This document shows positions 36,181 through 45,467 of a stretch of DNA of 64,000 nucleotides, piece after piece. The position numbers and the translations under genes are program-made. Below the pieces are notes generated by a model that worked only from the letters and a program-made list of their open reading frames with translations, made no database searches and had not been told where the DNA came from. Source of the stretch: an uncultured Pirellulales bacterium (lineage in GTDB: Bacteria > Planctomycetota > Phycisphaerae > Sedimentisphaerales > Anaerobacaceae); assembly GCA_964507485.1 (NCBI GenBank), contig CAZDQP010000001.1, positions 753-64,752 of the forward strand. The letters are read 5' to 3'. The first letter of the stretch is position 1, and each line of letters begins with the position of its first letter.

Positions 36181-36895
36181 AAAGAAGCTTTGTATTATCG
36201 GTTGCGGATTGAGCCACAAGAAGGCGCCCTATGGTGATGATTCTTATGAGATATGGAGTCTCAATGAGTTTGAGCCACCAAGATACGATATAATGTTCGA
36301 GCTTCATCCGATGGAAGTGCAAAATGAAAGAGAACTCGAATTTCTTATGAACTGCGAAAAGCCAGTTTATGTCCTTAGCGAAACGCCGCTTGTCCCGAAT
36401 GGTATTGAATTTCCTCTGGACGAAATATTAAAACAGTCTTGGGCAATAGAATACTTCACATGCACTATGGCTTATCAGATAGCTTATGCGATTCATCTTG
36501 GTTTCGAAGAAATACAACTCTGGGGACTCAATATGGATTATGGTTCACCAAGAGAAAAAACGGTTGAATCTGCATGTATTCAATATTGGGTTGGTATAGC
36601 CAAAGGCAAAGGAATAAAGGTAAAATGGGACGAAAATCCTGCTAACTGGCGATGGAAATATGGCTATGAATATTTCCAAGAAAAAAGCAATATAGAAAAC
36701 TGGATATGTCGCCTTGCAGTTAGTTCTATTTACCGCCTTGGTCCAACGGCTTCTATGGGTGGTGACGGACTTCCTATAAGGAAGGAACATAATGCGAGAA
36801 AATTACTCGATTATGCTGGCCACAAAAAAGATTGCAAGATGGATGATTTTCACGAATGTACCTGTGGACTGGATGATATTCTAAGGAGTTTGTAA
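36170..36895 (+). CDS. possible nonulosonic-acid transferase (DUF115/GT42-like Rossmann pattern)
   Basis: KKLCIIGCGLS near the N-terminus and FTCTMAYQIAYAIHLGFEEIQLWGLNMD resemble sialyl/pseudaminyl-transferase-like families. Weak. Confidence 0.3.
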   Translation: MHDKKKLCIIGCGLSHKKAPYGDDSYEIWSLNEFEPPRYDIMFELHPMEVQNERELEFLMNCEKPVYVLSETPLVPNGIEFPLDEILKQSWAIEYFTCTMAYQIAYAIHLGFEEIQLWGLNMDYGSPREKTVESACIQYWVGIAKGKGIKVKWDENPANWRWKYGYEYFQEKSNIENWICRLAVSSIYRLGPTASMGGDGLPIRKEHNARKLLDYAGHKKDCKMDDFHECTCGLDDILRSL

Positions 36896-36898
36896 AGA

Positions 36899-37366
36899 AT
36901 GACTAAATCAGTCTATATGACTATAGGTTTCACTGGTTCTGGAAAAAGTTTTTGGGCGCGTACGTTCGCAAAAACTCATCCTCGAACAAAGATAGTATCT
37001 CCTGATACTTTTAGAACAATGTTAAACGGCACTTATAAATATCTTGAGGAACTTGACGACGTGATTACTGAAAGCTGTTTCGATACGGCTGAAAATTTAT
37101 TAAATGCGGGATATGACGTAATAATAGACTGTGGAAACCTGACGAAATCCGATGACCGCAGGGGCAAATGGAAAAAGTTGCCTGCCGATAAGTTCGTTGC
37201 TGTATTAATGCCGGTTCATCAGACTGTTGATTGGTATGTTAAACGCAGAAAACAAAATCCACATTGGAATACAATGGATATAGAAAAAATTGTTATTGCC
37301 GAAATGAAGGCATTTGAACCGCCGACAGAAGATGAATTCGATGAAATAATAAAGATTAAGGAGTAA
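36899..37366 (+). CDS. P-loop kinase (AAA_33/Pnk-like)
   Basis: Walker A IGFTGSGKS, 155 aa. Confidence 0.55.
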   Translation: MTKSVYMTIGFTGSGKSFWARTFAKTHPRTKIVSPDTFRTMLNGTYKYLEELDDVITESCFDTAENLLNAGYDVIIDCGNLTKSDDRRGKWKKLPADKFVAVLMPVHQTVDWYVKRRKQNPHWNTMDIEKIVIAEMKAFEPPTEDEFDEIIKIKE

Positions 37367-37369
37367 TTA

Positions 37370-38788
37370 ATGGCTAAGTTTTTGATATTAACCGCCTCAC
37401 CAACGAGGGATGAGATAGTGGATATTCTCATTAAAGAGGAATTAGAAAAATTCGGTCACCAAGTATCTGTCCGGCCATGCCTTAGAGAGGGTAGGTCTGC
37501 GATAGTAGATGAATTGAATAAGCTGATTCTGGGTGAGGAAAATCCTTTTATTCCCGACACTGTTGTTGTCCCACCGATAAGAAATCCGTACAGCCGTGAC
37601 CTTGTAGCTGTTCTAAAAAATTGGGGCTTAGGGGTTGTAAGCAGACACACGGAACCTTCCTGTGATATGAAAGACTTCGAGAAGATAGTTGGACAGGACA
37701 AAAAAGACAAAACGTCAAGGGCTATGGAAATACTCGGTCGGTATAAATATGAGGTTGACTGTGAATTGGTTTGGTCTAAAGACGAGGCTGAAATATTAAA
37801 TACCAAGCGCAAATACGATTTCAAAACTCATTCTGTTGGCGCCTTAACGGTAGATGCCTATATGCGACAGGACAAAATCGATAAATATAAAAATATCGAA
37901 GAGTTCAGAAAGAAATTTAATTTCGACGAAAAGCCTGTCCTTTTGGTTTGTTCCGCCTGGGGCTTTGTCGATACGGCGCCAGACCTTCATATCGATGAAG
38001 TCAATGAAGCCAAGAAGGATATCGAGGGTATGAACAGGCACTTGGAAATGATAAAAAAACTTGATGTTCTGAGAAAAGACTGGAACATTCTCGTAACCAC
38101 ACATCCCGGCGTAATTCAGGAACCATATCAGGATGTTTGCAAAAAAATGAGTATTCCCTTGGATACTGAATCGACGAGTTTTTATCTTAAGGTTCATGTT
38201 GACGCCTTTATTCATGCCGGTTCGACTATGGCCATCGGCGCCCATTTTCTGAATAAACCGGCTTATCAGTTCGGCGATATAAATACCAAAAACGCTAATA
38301 ACTGGTGGGCTGATCCGGAATCCGCTATTTCCAGAATATCACCATATTTTAAGACTCCGGAAGAACTGATAGAAGCTATAAATTCATATAAGCCTGAAAC
38401 TAATGCGAATTCGGAATCTCTCAAAGAATTGGAAGAAGGGCGTTTCGGTCTGATGGACGGCCAGGCTACTGTTCGCGCCGCTGCGATAATCGATAAAGTC
38501 AGAGGTCAATTTAAATTCTGCTGGCCTAAGAGTTCGATGGATTATTCTCAGTTAACTTTGATGAAAGAGGAAAGAAGATTATTTACGCCTATTACCTGTG
38601 GTATTTGCGGCGAAGAAATGGCGATAGTAAACGAATCTTGGACAACGCAGGCGACACAGAACTTCTTTACGCACCTTAAAGATTACCTCAAAGGCCCGAT
38701 ACCTCCTGATGTCATACAGAAGATATGGGCGCCGCCGCATGGGGATGCATGTCCCCACTGCGGGGCCAGATTCTTCAGGCAAGATTAA
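37370..38788 (+). CDS. hypothetical, possibly GT-B-fold transferase or hydrolase, with C-terminal zinc ribbon
   Basis: 472 aa. LLVCSAWGF...THPG...FIHAGSTMAIGAHFLNKPAYQFGD, with a tail CGICGEE...CPHCG. Confidence 0.3.
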   Translation: MAKFLILTASPTRDEIVDILIKEELEKFGHQVSVRPCLREGRSAIVDELNKLILGEENPFIPDTVVVPPIRNPYSRDLVAVLKNWGLGVVSRHTEPSCDMKDFEKIVGQDKKDKTSRAMEILGRYKYEVDCELVWSKDEAEILNTKRKYDFKTHSVGALTVDAYMRQDKIDKYKNIEEFRKKFNFDEKPVLLVCSAWGFVDTAPDLHIDEVNEAKKDIEGMNRHLEMIKKLDVLRKDWNILVTTHPGVIQEPYQDVCKKMSIPLDTESTSFYLKVHVDAFIHAGSTMAIGAHFLNKPAYQFGDINTKNANNWWADPESAISRISPYFKTPEELIEAINSYKPETNANSESLKELEEGRFGLMDGQATVRAAAIIDKVRGQFKFCWPKSSMDYSQLTLMKEERRLFTPITCGICGEEMAIVNESWTTQATQNFFTHLKDYLKGPIPPDVIQKIWAPPHGDACPHCGARFFRQD

Positions 38789-38790
38789 TA

Positions 38791-39423
38791 GTGATATTAG
38801 CAATTCTACAATGCAGACTCGGTAGTAAGCGTCTTCCGAACAAGGCATTATTACAAATGCCGCCGGGAAGTGGTATCTGTATGTTGGAAATGTGTATAAG
38901 AAAAGCACTTCTGGCTATCTTGATTGATGATGTTGTTGTAGTAACCCCGGATAAGAAAATAGAAAGCCTGTGCAGAAAATGGAATATTAGATGTTTTCTT
39001 AAAAAGTTTGAAGGCAGGGACGTTCTTCGGGAATATTATGAGGCGGCCAGAAAGATGAAGGCCGATACTATAGTTAGATTGACGGCGGACTGCCCCATGA
39101 TTCGACCGGATATTATTGATGAATGTATTCAGGCGTACCTTGATAATGATTGTTATATAGCTTATAATACTGATGAAAGCACAGGGCAGTTAGCTGGCGA
39201 GGGTTCGGACGTTGAGGTTTTCTGTTATGATGTATTAAGGGAAGCATATTTTGGCGCCGATGACTCTTATGACAGGGAACATGTAACAAGTTGGATTCGA
39301 AAATATGCAGACAGCTATATGATTCCGACACGACAATTGGGAATTCGAAGCGTGAATACTTGGGAAGATTATGCTTGGGTATGTCAAAATTATTTAGATA
39401 TGCCAAATCCAGTAGAACCGTAA
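38791..39423 (+). CDS. cytidylyltransferase (CMP-nonulosonate synthetase/SpsF-like)
   Basis: The GTG start gives ILAILQCRLGSKRLPNKAL. LTADCPMIRPDIID also fits. Confidence 0.65.
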   Translation: MILAILQCRLGSKRLPNKALLQMPPGSGICMLEMCIRKALLAILIDDVVVVTPDKKIESLCRKWNIRCFLKKFEGRDVLREYYEAARKMKADTIVRLTADCPMIRPDIIDECIQAYLDNDCYIAYNTDESTGQLAGEGSDVEVFCYDVLREAYFGADDSYDREHVTSWIRKYADSYMIPTRQLGIRSVNTWEDYAWVCQNYLDMPNPVEP

Positions 39424-39427
39424 AAAA

Positions 39428-39718
39428 ATGAAAAAAATAATCCTTAAATGTGAACAATGTAATATCAAACATGAATTTACCGATGAAGAAATAGCAGCTA
39501 TGAAATTGGTTAATTCTTTTGGTGGAGGTCCAAATCCATTCCCGTTATGGCCGTTTATACCGGCAACTATGCAATGCACAAAATGCGGAAGTGCGGTTGT
39601 GTGTGAAATTATTAAGGAAGAAATAGGTTGTCAACACGAATGGGTAGATGGCGATAATGAAGTTGTAAAAAATACTGAAATATGCAAAAAATGTAAACAT
39701 ATAAGGCCTAAAAAATGA
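39428..39718 (+). CDS. zinc-ribbon protein
   Basis: CEQCN...CTKCGS...CKKCKH. Confidence 0.4.
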   Translation: MKKIILKCEQCNIKHEFTDEEIAAMKLVNSFGGGPNPFPLWPFIPATMQCTKCGSAVVCEIIKEEIGCQHEWVDGDNEVVKNTEICKKCKHIRPKK

Positions 39719-39966
39719 AACGTCGTAATTTTCTAAAACTTGCTGGCATTGCAGTATTTGCGCCAACGAAATTGATAAATACATCCTCTATTTGTGGATG
39801 GAACTCCTATATAGTTAAGCATCTTACGCTTAATGAAGTGCAAAAAGAAATACTTAAGAAATCACACTCCAAAGTTGATAATTGGTTTTTATTTGAAGGT
39901 CGAAAAATATTTTATGCGTTAAATCACTTGACGCACCAAAGGAAGAAAAATGAAGAAGAAATGTAA
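39715..39966 (+). CDS. hypothetical protein with Tat/signal-like N-terminus
   Basis: MKRRNFLKLAGIAVFAP. Confidence 0.4.
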   Translation: MKRRNFLKLAGIAVFAPTKLINTSSICGWNSYIVKHLTLNEVQKEILKKSHSKVDNWFLFEGRKIFYALNHLTHQRKKNEEEM

Positions 39967-40360
39967 AAATTGTAAATGGTGGTTTCGGGGCCCAAAAGAC
40001 GATGGTACTGTAGATAAAAACGGAACATGTTACAGGTGCGCACCAAAGCCAGCAAGAATCACAAGAGAACAAGCGATTCAAGAGGACAATAACGGTTGGC
40101 CAATAACACGATGGCCAGAGACAGCAGAGTATATGGGCTGTGGCGATTTTACGAATAGAGATGAGCCCGATTTGAAACAATCAATAAGTGCCTTAAATTT
40201 GTCTGCGAGATTAAATAATGCTTTGTGGAGTGAGAATATCAGAACTGTTCAGCAATTGATTGATTTAGGGCGGCAAAACGCAAAACGAATACGGATGATT
40301 GGCAGCGCCAGTATTAGAGAAGTAAGCAGAAAATTAGCAAAAATTGGAATAATCTGGTGA
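39950..40360 (+). CDS. zinc-finger protein with RNA polymerase alpha-CTD-like helix-hairpin-helix domain
   Basis: CKNCKWW...CYRC, then LNLSARLNNALWSENIRTVQQLIDL...IGSASIREVSRKLAKIG. The TGA stop lies inside a solo IS inverted repeat. Confidence 0.45.
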   Translation: MKKKCKNCKWWFRGPKDDGTVDKNGTCYRCAPKPARITREQAIQEDNNGWPITRWPETAEYMGCGDFTNRDEPDLKQSISALNLSARLNNALWSENIRTVQQLIDLGRQNAKRIRMIGSASIREVSRKLAKIGIIW

Positions 40361-40378
40361 GCCAAGTGATTCAATACC
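40356..40378 (-). repeat. solo IS inverted-repeat copy
   Basis: GGTGAGCCAAGTGATTCAATACC. The 26 bp at 40355-40380 are identical to 5343-5368. Confidence 0.7.
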
Positions 40379-40397
40379 ATATTTTATAAAAATATGT

Positions 40398-40425
40398 TTG
40401 ATTTATAAAAATATTTTTATATAAT
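40398..40425 (+). promoter_or_regulatory. sigma70-type promoter of the tail operon
   Basis: TTGATT, 16-nt spacer, TATAAT, in an AT-rich gap. Confidence 0.55.
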
Positions 40426-40465
40426 CATACATATCATCAGGTTCGAGTAGGGGAAAGAAGCAGAT

Positions 40466-41392
40466 ATGCTAAATCCTATAGCTCGGACTTATCACGGAAT
40501 TCATTTCCAGATACCTGTTTCTAATTTCAGCCGATTTAGATTTACTGTTCATCCGGACGGCAGTGGCACTTCATGGGATGAAGACAGCCCTGACGTTGGA
40601 CAACCTCACGGCTTGGACTACCGGTCATTACAGGATCTTCGCAAAGGTATTCGCAAACGTTTAGAACATGAACACGCAGATTTAGGAGATAATACGGTCG
40701 GCGGTATTCATAATCCAGGCGGATGTGCAGTTCTTGGTATTGAGGATGGAACCGCCACAATAGTAGCCGATGGAACTCTTCACGGCCACGGTATCGTCTG
40801 GGACAATACTGCCCGTTTATGGTGCTCAACCGCTGCTGCGGGCGCTTCTACGACCGGTGATTTTACATTAGTTCAAATACATCCTGATAAGCAATGGGGG
40901 GGGCAGGATATCACGTGGACGGGGGGACATGAATTCGATGCCTCTATTGACATTACGGGGAATGTGGCGCTTGACGGCGATTTTTCTGTTGATGGTATGG
41001 TATATTGTAATGCTGGTCTTGTCGCTGACGGTACAGTTCAATTTACAGGTCAAATAAATATATTTGGCACAGATAACACAGAGGATAGCGATAATGCTTC
41101 TCTTGCTAACGATGTTACTTACCAAGTATCGTCAGATGGGTTTCTTGTAGTTGATGTTTCCCATGCGGGTAATTCAGTGAATTACAGGGTCTTTGTAGAT
41201 ACAACCAAAGGAATGACCACAACGAGTTCTAAATATGAAGTTAACTTATCTCAGGCAGGCGTTCCAGTTATTGCCGGGCAAACTGTTATTTTGCCGAAAA
41301 ACAGTTATTGGTGTATATCAATTACGGCAGGTTCATTGTATCGATGTATATGGTATCCACTTGGGGATGGTTCTTGCGATAAGAATATATAA
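40466..41392 (+). CDS. tail fiber-like protein
   Basis: The C-terminal module IDITGNVALDGDFSVDG...INIFGT is shared with the product of 43458-44108. Confidence 0.55.
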   Translation: MLNPIARTYHGIHFQIPVSNFSRFRFTVHPDGSGTSWDEDSPDVGQPHGLDYRSLQDLRKGIRKRLEHEHADLGDNTVGGIHNPGGCAVLGIEDGTATIVADGTLHGHGIVWDNTARLWCSTAAAGASTTGDFTLVQIHPDKQWGGQDITWTGGHEFDASIDITGNVALDGDFSVDGMVYCNAGLVADGTVQFTGQINIFGTDNTEDSDNASLANDVTYQVSSDGFLVVDVSHAGNSVNYRVFVDTTKGMTTTSSKYEVNLSQAGVPVIAGQTVILPKNSYWCISITAGSLYRCIWYPLGDGSCDKNI

Positions 41393-41400
41393 GGTGAATT

Positions 41401-43458
41401 ATGCCGGATATACTAACGCGCACACCGACAAAAGGACTTTCGAGCCAGGCTCCTGAAACCGCTAAAGACTTATATACAGCGGCAAAAGGTTCGCAGAATG
41501 TTTTTTATGAATACGGACTTATCAGAACTCCCTATGGCTTTACCAAACTCGGTCTTACTACGACTGGTCTGAATTCCGGCGATATAGTTCTTTCAGTTTT
41601 CCAATGGCGTGAAATAGACAGGACTTCACATTTAACAGCAGTAACAACAGAAAAAATATATGATTATGATAATGTAAATGATGAATGGGACGATAAAACT
41701 CAAAGCGGTATTGCATACGATTCAAATATAGATAATCCGGTAAGTTATGTTGAATGCGGACATGATGATACTAATATATATATTGATGATAATGCCGCCA
41801 AAGCCAATGCCTATCACCATGTTATTGTATGTGATGGTGGATTAACGAATATTCAAAGATGGGCCGGAAGGTTCGAGCAGGACTTCGCCGACTTAACAGG
41901 TGGCGGAGATTACCATGACGGCACTACTCACAGGGCAAAGCAGATTAGTCTTTCAAGTAAGAACAGGCTATTACTGCTTTCCCCTCTTGAGTACAATTCA
42001 TCTTCTAAAACATGGGTGGAAAATAACCAGAGACTCAGGTGGCCAACGATAGGCAAGATACAGACTTGGACTGGTACGGGTTCTGGTAGTGTAGATTTAT
42101 ATGATACCGGCGGAGTTAATATCTGGGCGATACCACTGGGGATGGACCATATAATTTATCAAACGAAGGGCATATGGTCTATAAATTATGTCGGCAGTAC
42201 AACGGTATATGACCCGAGACCGATGATACCGGACTTGGGTTTACTGGCGCCACATGGTCTTGTCAGTTACAATAATGTCCATTATTTCATGGGCACGGAT
42301 TATAATGTTCACGCTTATTATGGTGGATATTCACAGGAAATTATAAGCGAGCCGGTCCATAAATTCTTATTTGACGACCTTTACGAACAATACGAATCAC
42401 GATGCTGGATGAGCATGTCGCCAAGGGGAAATTTTCTATGGGTTCTCATTGCCTCAAGTTCGGGGTATTTGGTTAAGGCATATATCCGAAACATGAAAAC
42501 AGGGGCTTGGACTATAAGAGATTTTTCTGCCGCATACGATAGTTCCGGCGGACTTACCTCTTTAACACTTGCCGGGTCTGCAAGCTATATTATCGGGGAT
42601 ACTTATAATGAGGAACTTAATTCAGTCTCTTTATATGATGATAGCGTAGGCGACGCCACGGAAAGGTATGGAGATAATCTTATGGACAGCAGCAGGACTC
42701 TGGCTGCTGATTATACGACTGGAACTTGGGGTGCCGGTGGCTTCAGCTATCAGGCGGTGGGCGAGAATTTTCAAAATGATTTTACTGTCAACGATATGAT
42801 GGTATCAATGGACCCGTCCGGCACTAATACGATGCCCGGATATCATTTCTTTACGGTCGAAAGTGTATGTGCCGACGGCTTTAAAATATATGGAACACAA
42901 CATACAGCCGCCGGAAATGAACATGGCATAGCAGATAATTCGACTAATGTGCCGACAGATTTATCGTTCGGCGCAAATGATACTCTTGGTTTTTATTCAC
43001 TGTGCGCAAATGATAGTCCGGGCGAAACTTATAATGAGGCGATTGAAACTATAAGAGTTTCTGAAAGATTAATAATAGCAGATAGCTCAGGTTTTATATA
43101 TCAAATAGACGAAACTTATACGGATGATGATGGTAATCTAATGGATTGCAGGCATTTGACACCTGTTATTGATGGCGGTTCACCTCACAGATTCAAAAGA
43201 TGGGGCAACTTTAATCTGTCTGTTGACGGTTCCGCTGACGGCGCTATGTTGTTTAGTTATAGAGTAGATTATTTCGAGACTTCTGACACTGGCTGGGTAG
43301 ACTATACTATTGATTTAACTACAGAGAATAAAACTTTCAACTTCTGGCCGAATGTATCTTCCAAAAGGATTCAATGCAAATTCAGTGATTTTTCCGGTAA
43401 GACTTTCTATGTTCGTAATTTTGTTATAGGTCCGCCGCAGTTTCAGGGAAATAGATAA
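41401..43458 (+). CDS. large tail/baseplate-type structural protein
   Basis: 685 aa, between the two fiber-like genes. Confidence 0.5.
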   Translation: MPDILTRTPTKGLSSQAPETAKDLYTAAKGSQNVFYEYGLIRTPYGFTKLGLTTTGLNSGDIVLSVFQWREIDRTSHLTAVTTEKIYDYDNVNDEWDDKTQSGIAYDSNIDNPVSYVECGHDDTNIYIDDNAAKANAYHHVIVCDGGLTNIQRWAGRFEQDFADLTGGGDYHDGTTHRAKQISLSSKNRLLLLSPLEYNSSSKTWVENNQRLRWPTIGKIQTWTGTGSGSVDLYDTGGVNIWAIPLGMDHIIYQTKGIWSINYVGSTTVYDPRPMIPDLGLLAPHGLVSYNNVHYFMGTDYNVHAYYGGYSQEIISEPVHKFLFDDLYEQYESRCWMSMSPRGNFLWVLIASSSGYLVKAYIRNMKTGAWTIRDFSAAYDSSGGLTSLTLAGSASYIIGDTYNEELNSVSLYDDSVGDATERYGDNLMDSSRTLAADYTTGTWGAGGFSYQAVGENFQNDFTVNDMMVSMDPSGTNTMPGYHFFTVESVCADGFKIYGTQHTAAGNEHGIADNSTNVPTDLSFGANDTLGFYSLCANDSPGETYNEAIETIRVSERLIIADSSGFIYQIDETYTDDDGNLMDCRHLTPVIDGGSPHRFKRWGNFNLSVDGSADGAMLFSYRVDYFETSDTGWVDYTIDLTTENKTFNFWPNVSSKRIQCKFSDFSGKTFYVRNFVIGPPQFQGNR

Positions 43459-44108
43459 TGACAGTTATAACACCACCAATACCAGCTTGTCCAGACCCTT
43501 CGAAAGACCCGCAGGGCTTTAAGGTGTATATAGAAACATATCTTCAATCATTATTAGAAGATATGAAAATAACCGAATCTGCGGCAACGGCAACTGGAGA
43601 CCATGGTGATTTGACAGGACTTACTGATAATGACCATCCTCAATATCAACTGGCAGGAGTTTCTATCGATATAACGGGAAGTATTCAAGTTGATGGCGAT
43701 TTCAGCATTGATGGAACTATTGTTGCAAATAATATTGTAATTGACGGAACTGCCGAATTTAATGGTGTTGTAAATATTTTTGGGACATATACCAATGAGG
43801 ATGATGATAGTAATGCCATGGTTGGTGCTCATGTATATTTAGCTAATCAGGATGGTTTGATTTGCATTGACGGAGATTCCGCCGGCATCGGAACATATAT
43901 CAGGTGTTATATTGGTGATACGACCGACCCTATAGGTGCGGGTGATAGGATTCGAGCAATACAGAGTGCAGGTGGCGCCGGTTATGATATGGGTACAAGT
44001 TTTTCTGTGCCTAACGGCAAATATTTCGATATATCGGCAAACGCTACAATTAATAATATATTCTGGTTTCCTTATGGAATCCTTGTTAAACCTACGGACA
44101 TAGACTGA
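43458..44108 (+). CDS. tail fiber-like protein (paralogous C-terminal module)
   Basis: IDITGSIQVDGDFSIDG...VNIFGT. ATGA overlap with the upstream gene. Confidence 0.55.
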   Translation: MTVITPPIPACPDPSKDPQGFKVYIETYLQSLLEDMKITESAATATGDHGDLTGLTDNDHPQYQLAGVSIDITGSIQVDGDFSIDGTIVANNIVIDGTAEFNGVVNIFGTYTNEDDDSNAMVGAHVYLANQDGLICIDGDSAGIGTYIRCYIGDTTDPIGAGDRIRAIQSAGGAGYDMGTSFSVPNGKYFDISANATINNIFWFPYGILVKPTDID

Positions 44109-44110
44109 TT

Positions 44111-44509
44111 ATGCGATTTTATAACACAAAAAAACCTGAAGATGTTATCAAGATATTTCCGTGGCTTATACCAACTGAGACAGAGACCAGAATGGATATA
44201 GCAAAAGAAATTGCTTTTAGGTTGGAAAAGTATCCGGAAGATACTTTCGTTCTTATCGCTATAGAGAATTATATTACCAGGGCCATACTTGTAGTCCATA
44301 AATTGAGTAAGAAAGTTGTCTGGTGTTGGCAGGCAAATTCGGAATCAGGATTTAAGTATTCAAAATATATGTTTACGGCAATGATTTCGTGGGCAAAAAG
44401 CAGGGGCGCTAAAAATATAGGAACAAATCCAAGCAAAAGAAAAGAAGCTTTAATGAGGAGATGGGGATTCAAGAAAATTAGAAATGGTGAATTGCGCCTT
44501 AAAATATAA
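44111..44509 (+). CDS. hypothetical protein (GNAT-like?)
   Basis: 132 aa. Weak acetyltransferase-like C-terminus. Confidence 0.3.
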   Translation: MRFYNTKKPEDVIKIFPWLIPTETETRMDIAKEIAFRLEKYPEDTFVLIAIENYITRAILVVHKLSKKVVWCWQANSESGFKYSKYMFTAMISWAKSRGAKNIGTNPSKRKEALMRRWGFKKIRNGELRLKI

Positions 44510-44520
44510 GGAGTTAAGAT

Positions 44521-45450
44521 ATGCTGTATGACGAATTTGAAAAAATAGATACAAAAGAATTTGTCAGAAAAAACTGGTCACGTGGTTTATTTATGCGGTT
44601 TGACCAAAGATCAAGTTCTAAACAAACTTCCGTTCAGACTACAGGCTTGTCTGATTATCAGTTGCAAGGCGCACAGGATATATGGAATACTTATTTGCCT
44701 CAACTCGGAACAGGTACGCTTGGATATCCTTCCGACTTGGAAGAGTCTGCACTTAATATGCTCAAATCCGCTAATATCTGGGAGCCAATGGTTCAGGCTG
44801 GTACAAATCTTATTACAGGCGCATCAGGTCCACAGGAATTAACACCGGAAGAACAACAGAGAATGTGGACACAGCGCAAAAACGAACTGACAAATATTGA
44901 GAAAAATATAGCAGAGCCATCAAGGAAAGAGGCTTTTGCCGGTCCCGGTTACTGGAGTAGTGCCCGCAAAGAAGGCCAGATTACCGGATATGGCGAAGGT
45001 GGAAGGTCGAGTTTTGCCGATTATCTCGGCAATGAATATACGGCTTTCAGGAATTGGGCAGACCAGTATAACCGAACAATACAGCAGAATAAAGCCGGCC
45101 TTGCGTTATCCGCTATCGGTGCTGTTCCGAGCGCCTTATCAGGATGGGCTAATACTTTATTCGGCACAGGTGCCCAGGCAAGAGAACTGCTTAACCAGAT
45201 AACCGACCCGCAGGTACTTCAAGTGTTACAAAGTTTACTGGGCTTGCAGACACAGAATATAGTTACAACTTCAAAAGGTACGACAACTCCAAGTGATTTT
45301 CAGAAGGCGGCTAATTGGGCAGGAGTATTAAGTCTTGGTATGCAGGGACTTGGCGGATTTGGGGGCACTGGCAGTGCAGGCTTAGGCGGTGGAACTCAGC
45401 CATATACGCTATCGCCGCAATTATATGATATAGCTTATGCTTTAACATAA
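44521..45450 (+). CDS. Gly/Gln-rich virion protein (putative)
   Basis: 309 aa with a glycine-rich tail. Confidence 0.45.
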   Translation: MLYDEFEKIDTKEFVRKNWSRGLFMRFDQRSSSKQTSVQTTGLSDYQLQGAQDIWNTYLPQLGTGTLGYPSDLEESALNMLKSANIWEPMVQAGTNLITGASGPQELTPEEQQRMWTQRKNELTNIEKNIAEPSRKEAFAGPGYWSSARKEGQITGYGEGGRSSFADYLGNEYTAFRNWADQYNRTIQQNKAGLALSAIGAVPSALSGWANTLFGTGAQARELLNQITDPQVLQVLQSLLGLQTQNIVTTSKGTTTPSDFQKAANWAGVLSLGMQGLGGFGGTGSAGLGGGTQPYTLSPQLYDIAYALT

Positions 45451-45467
45451 GAAAATGAGGTTAAAAA

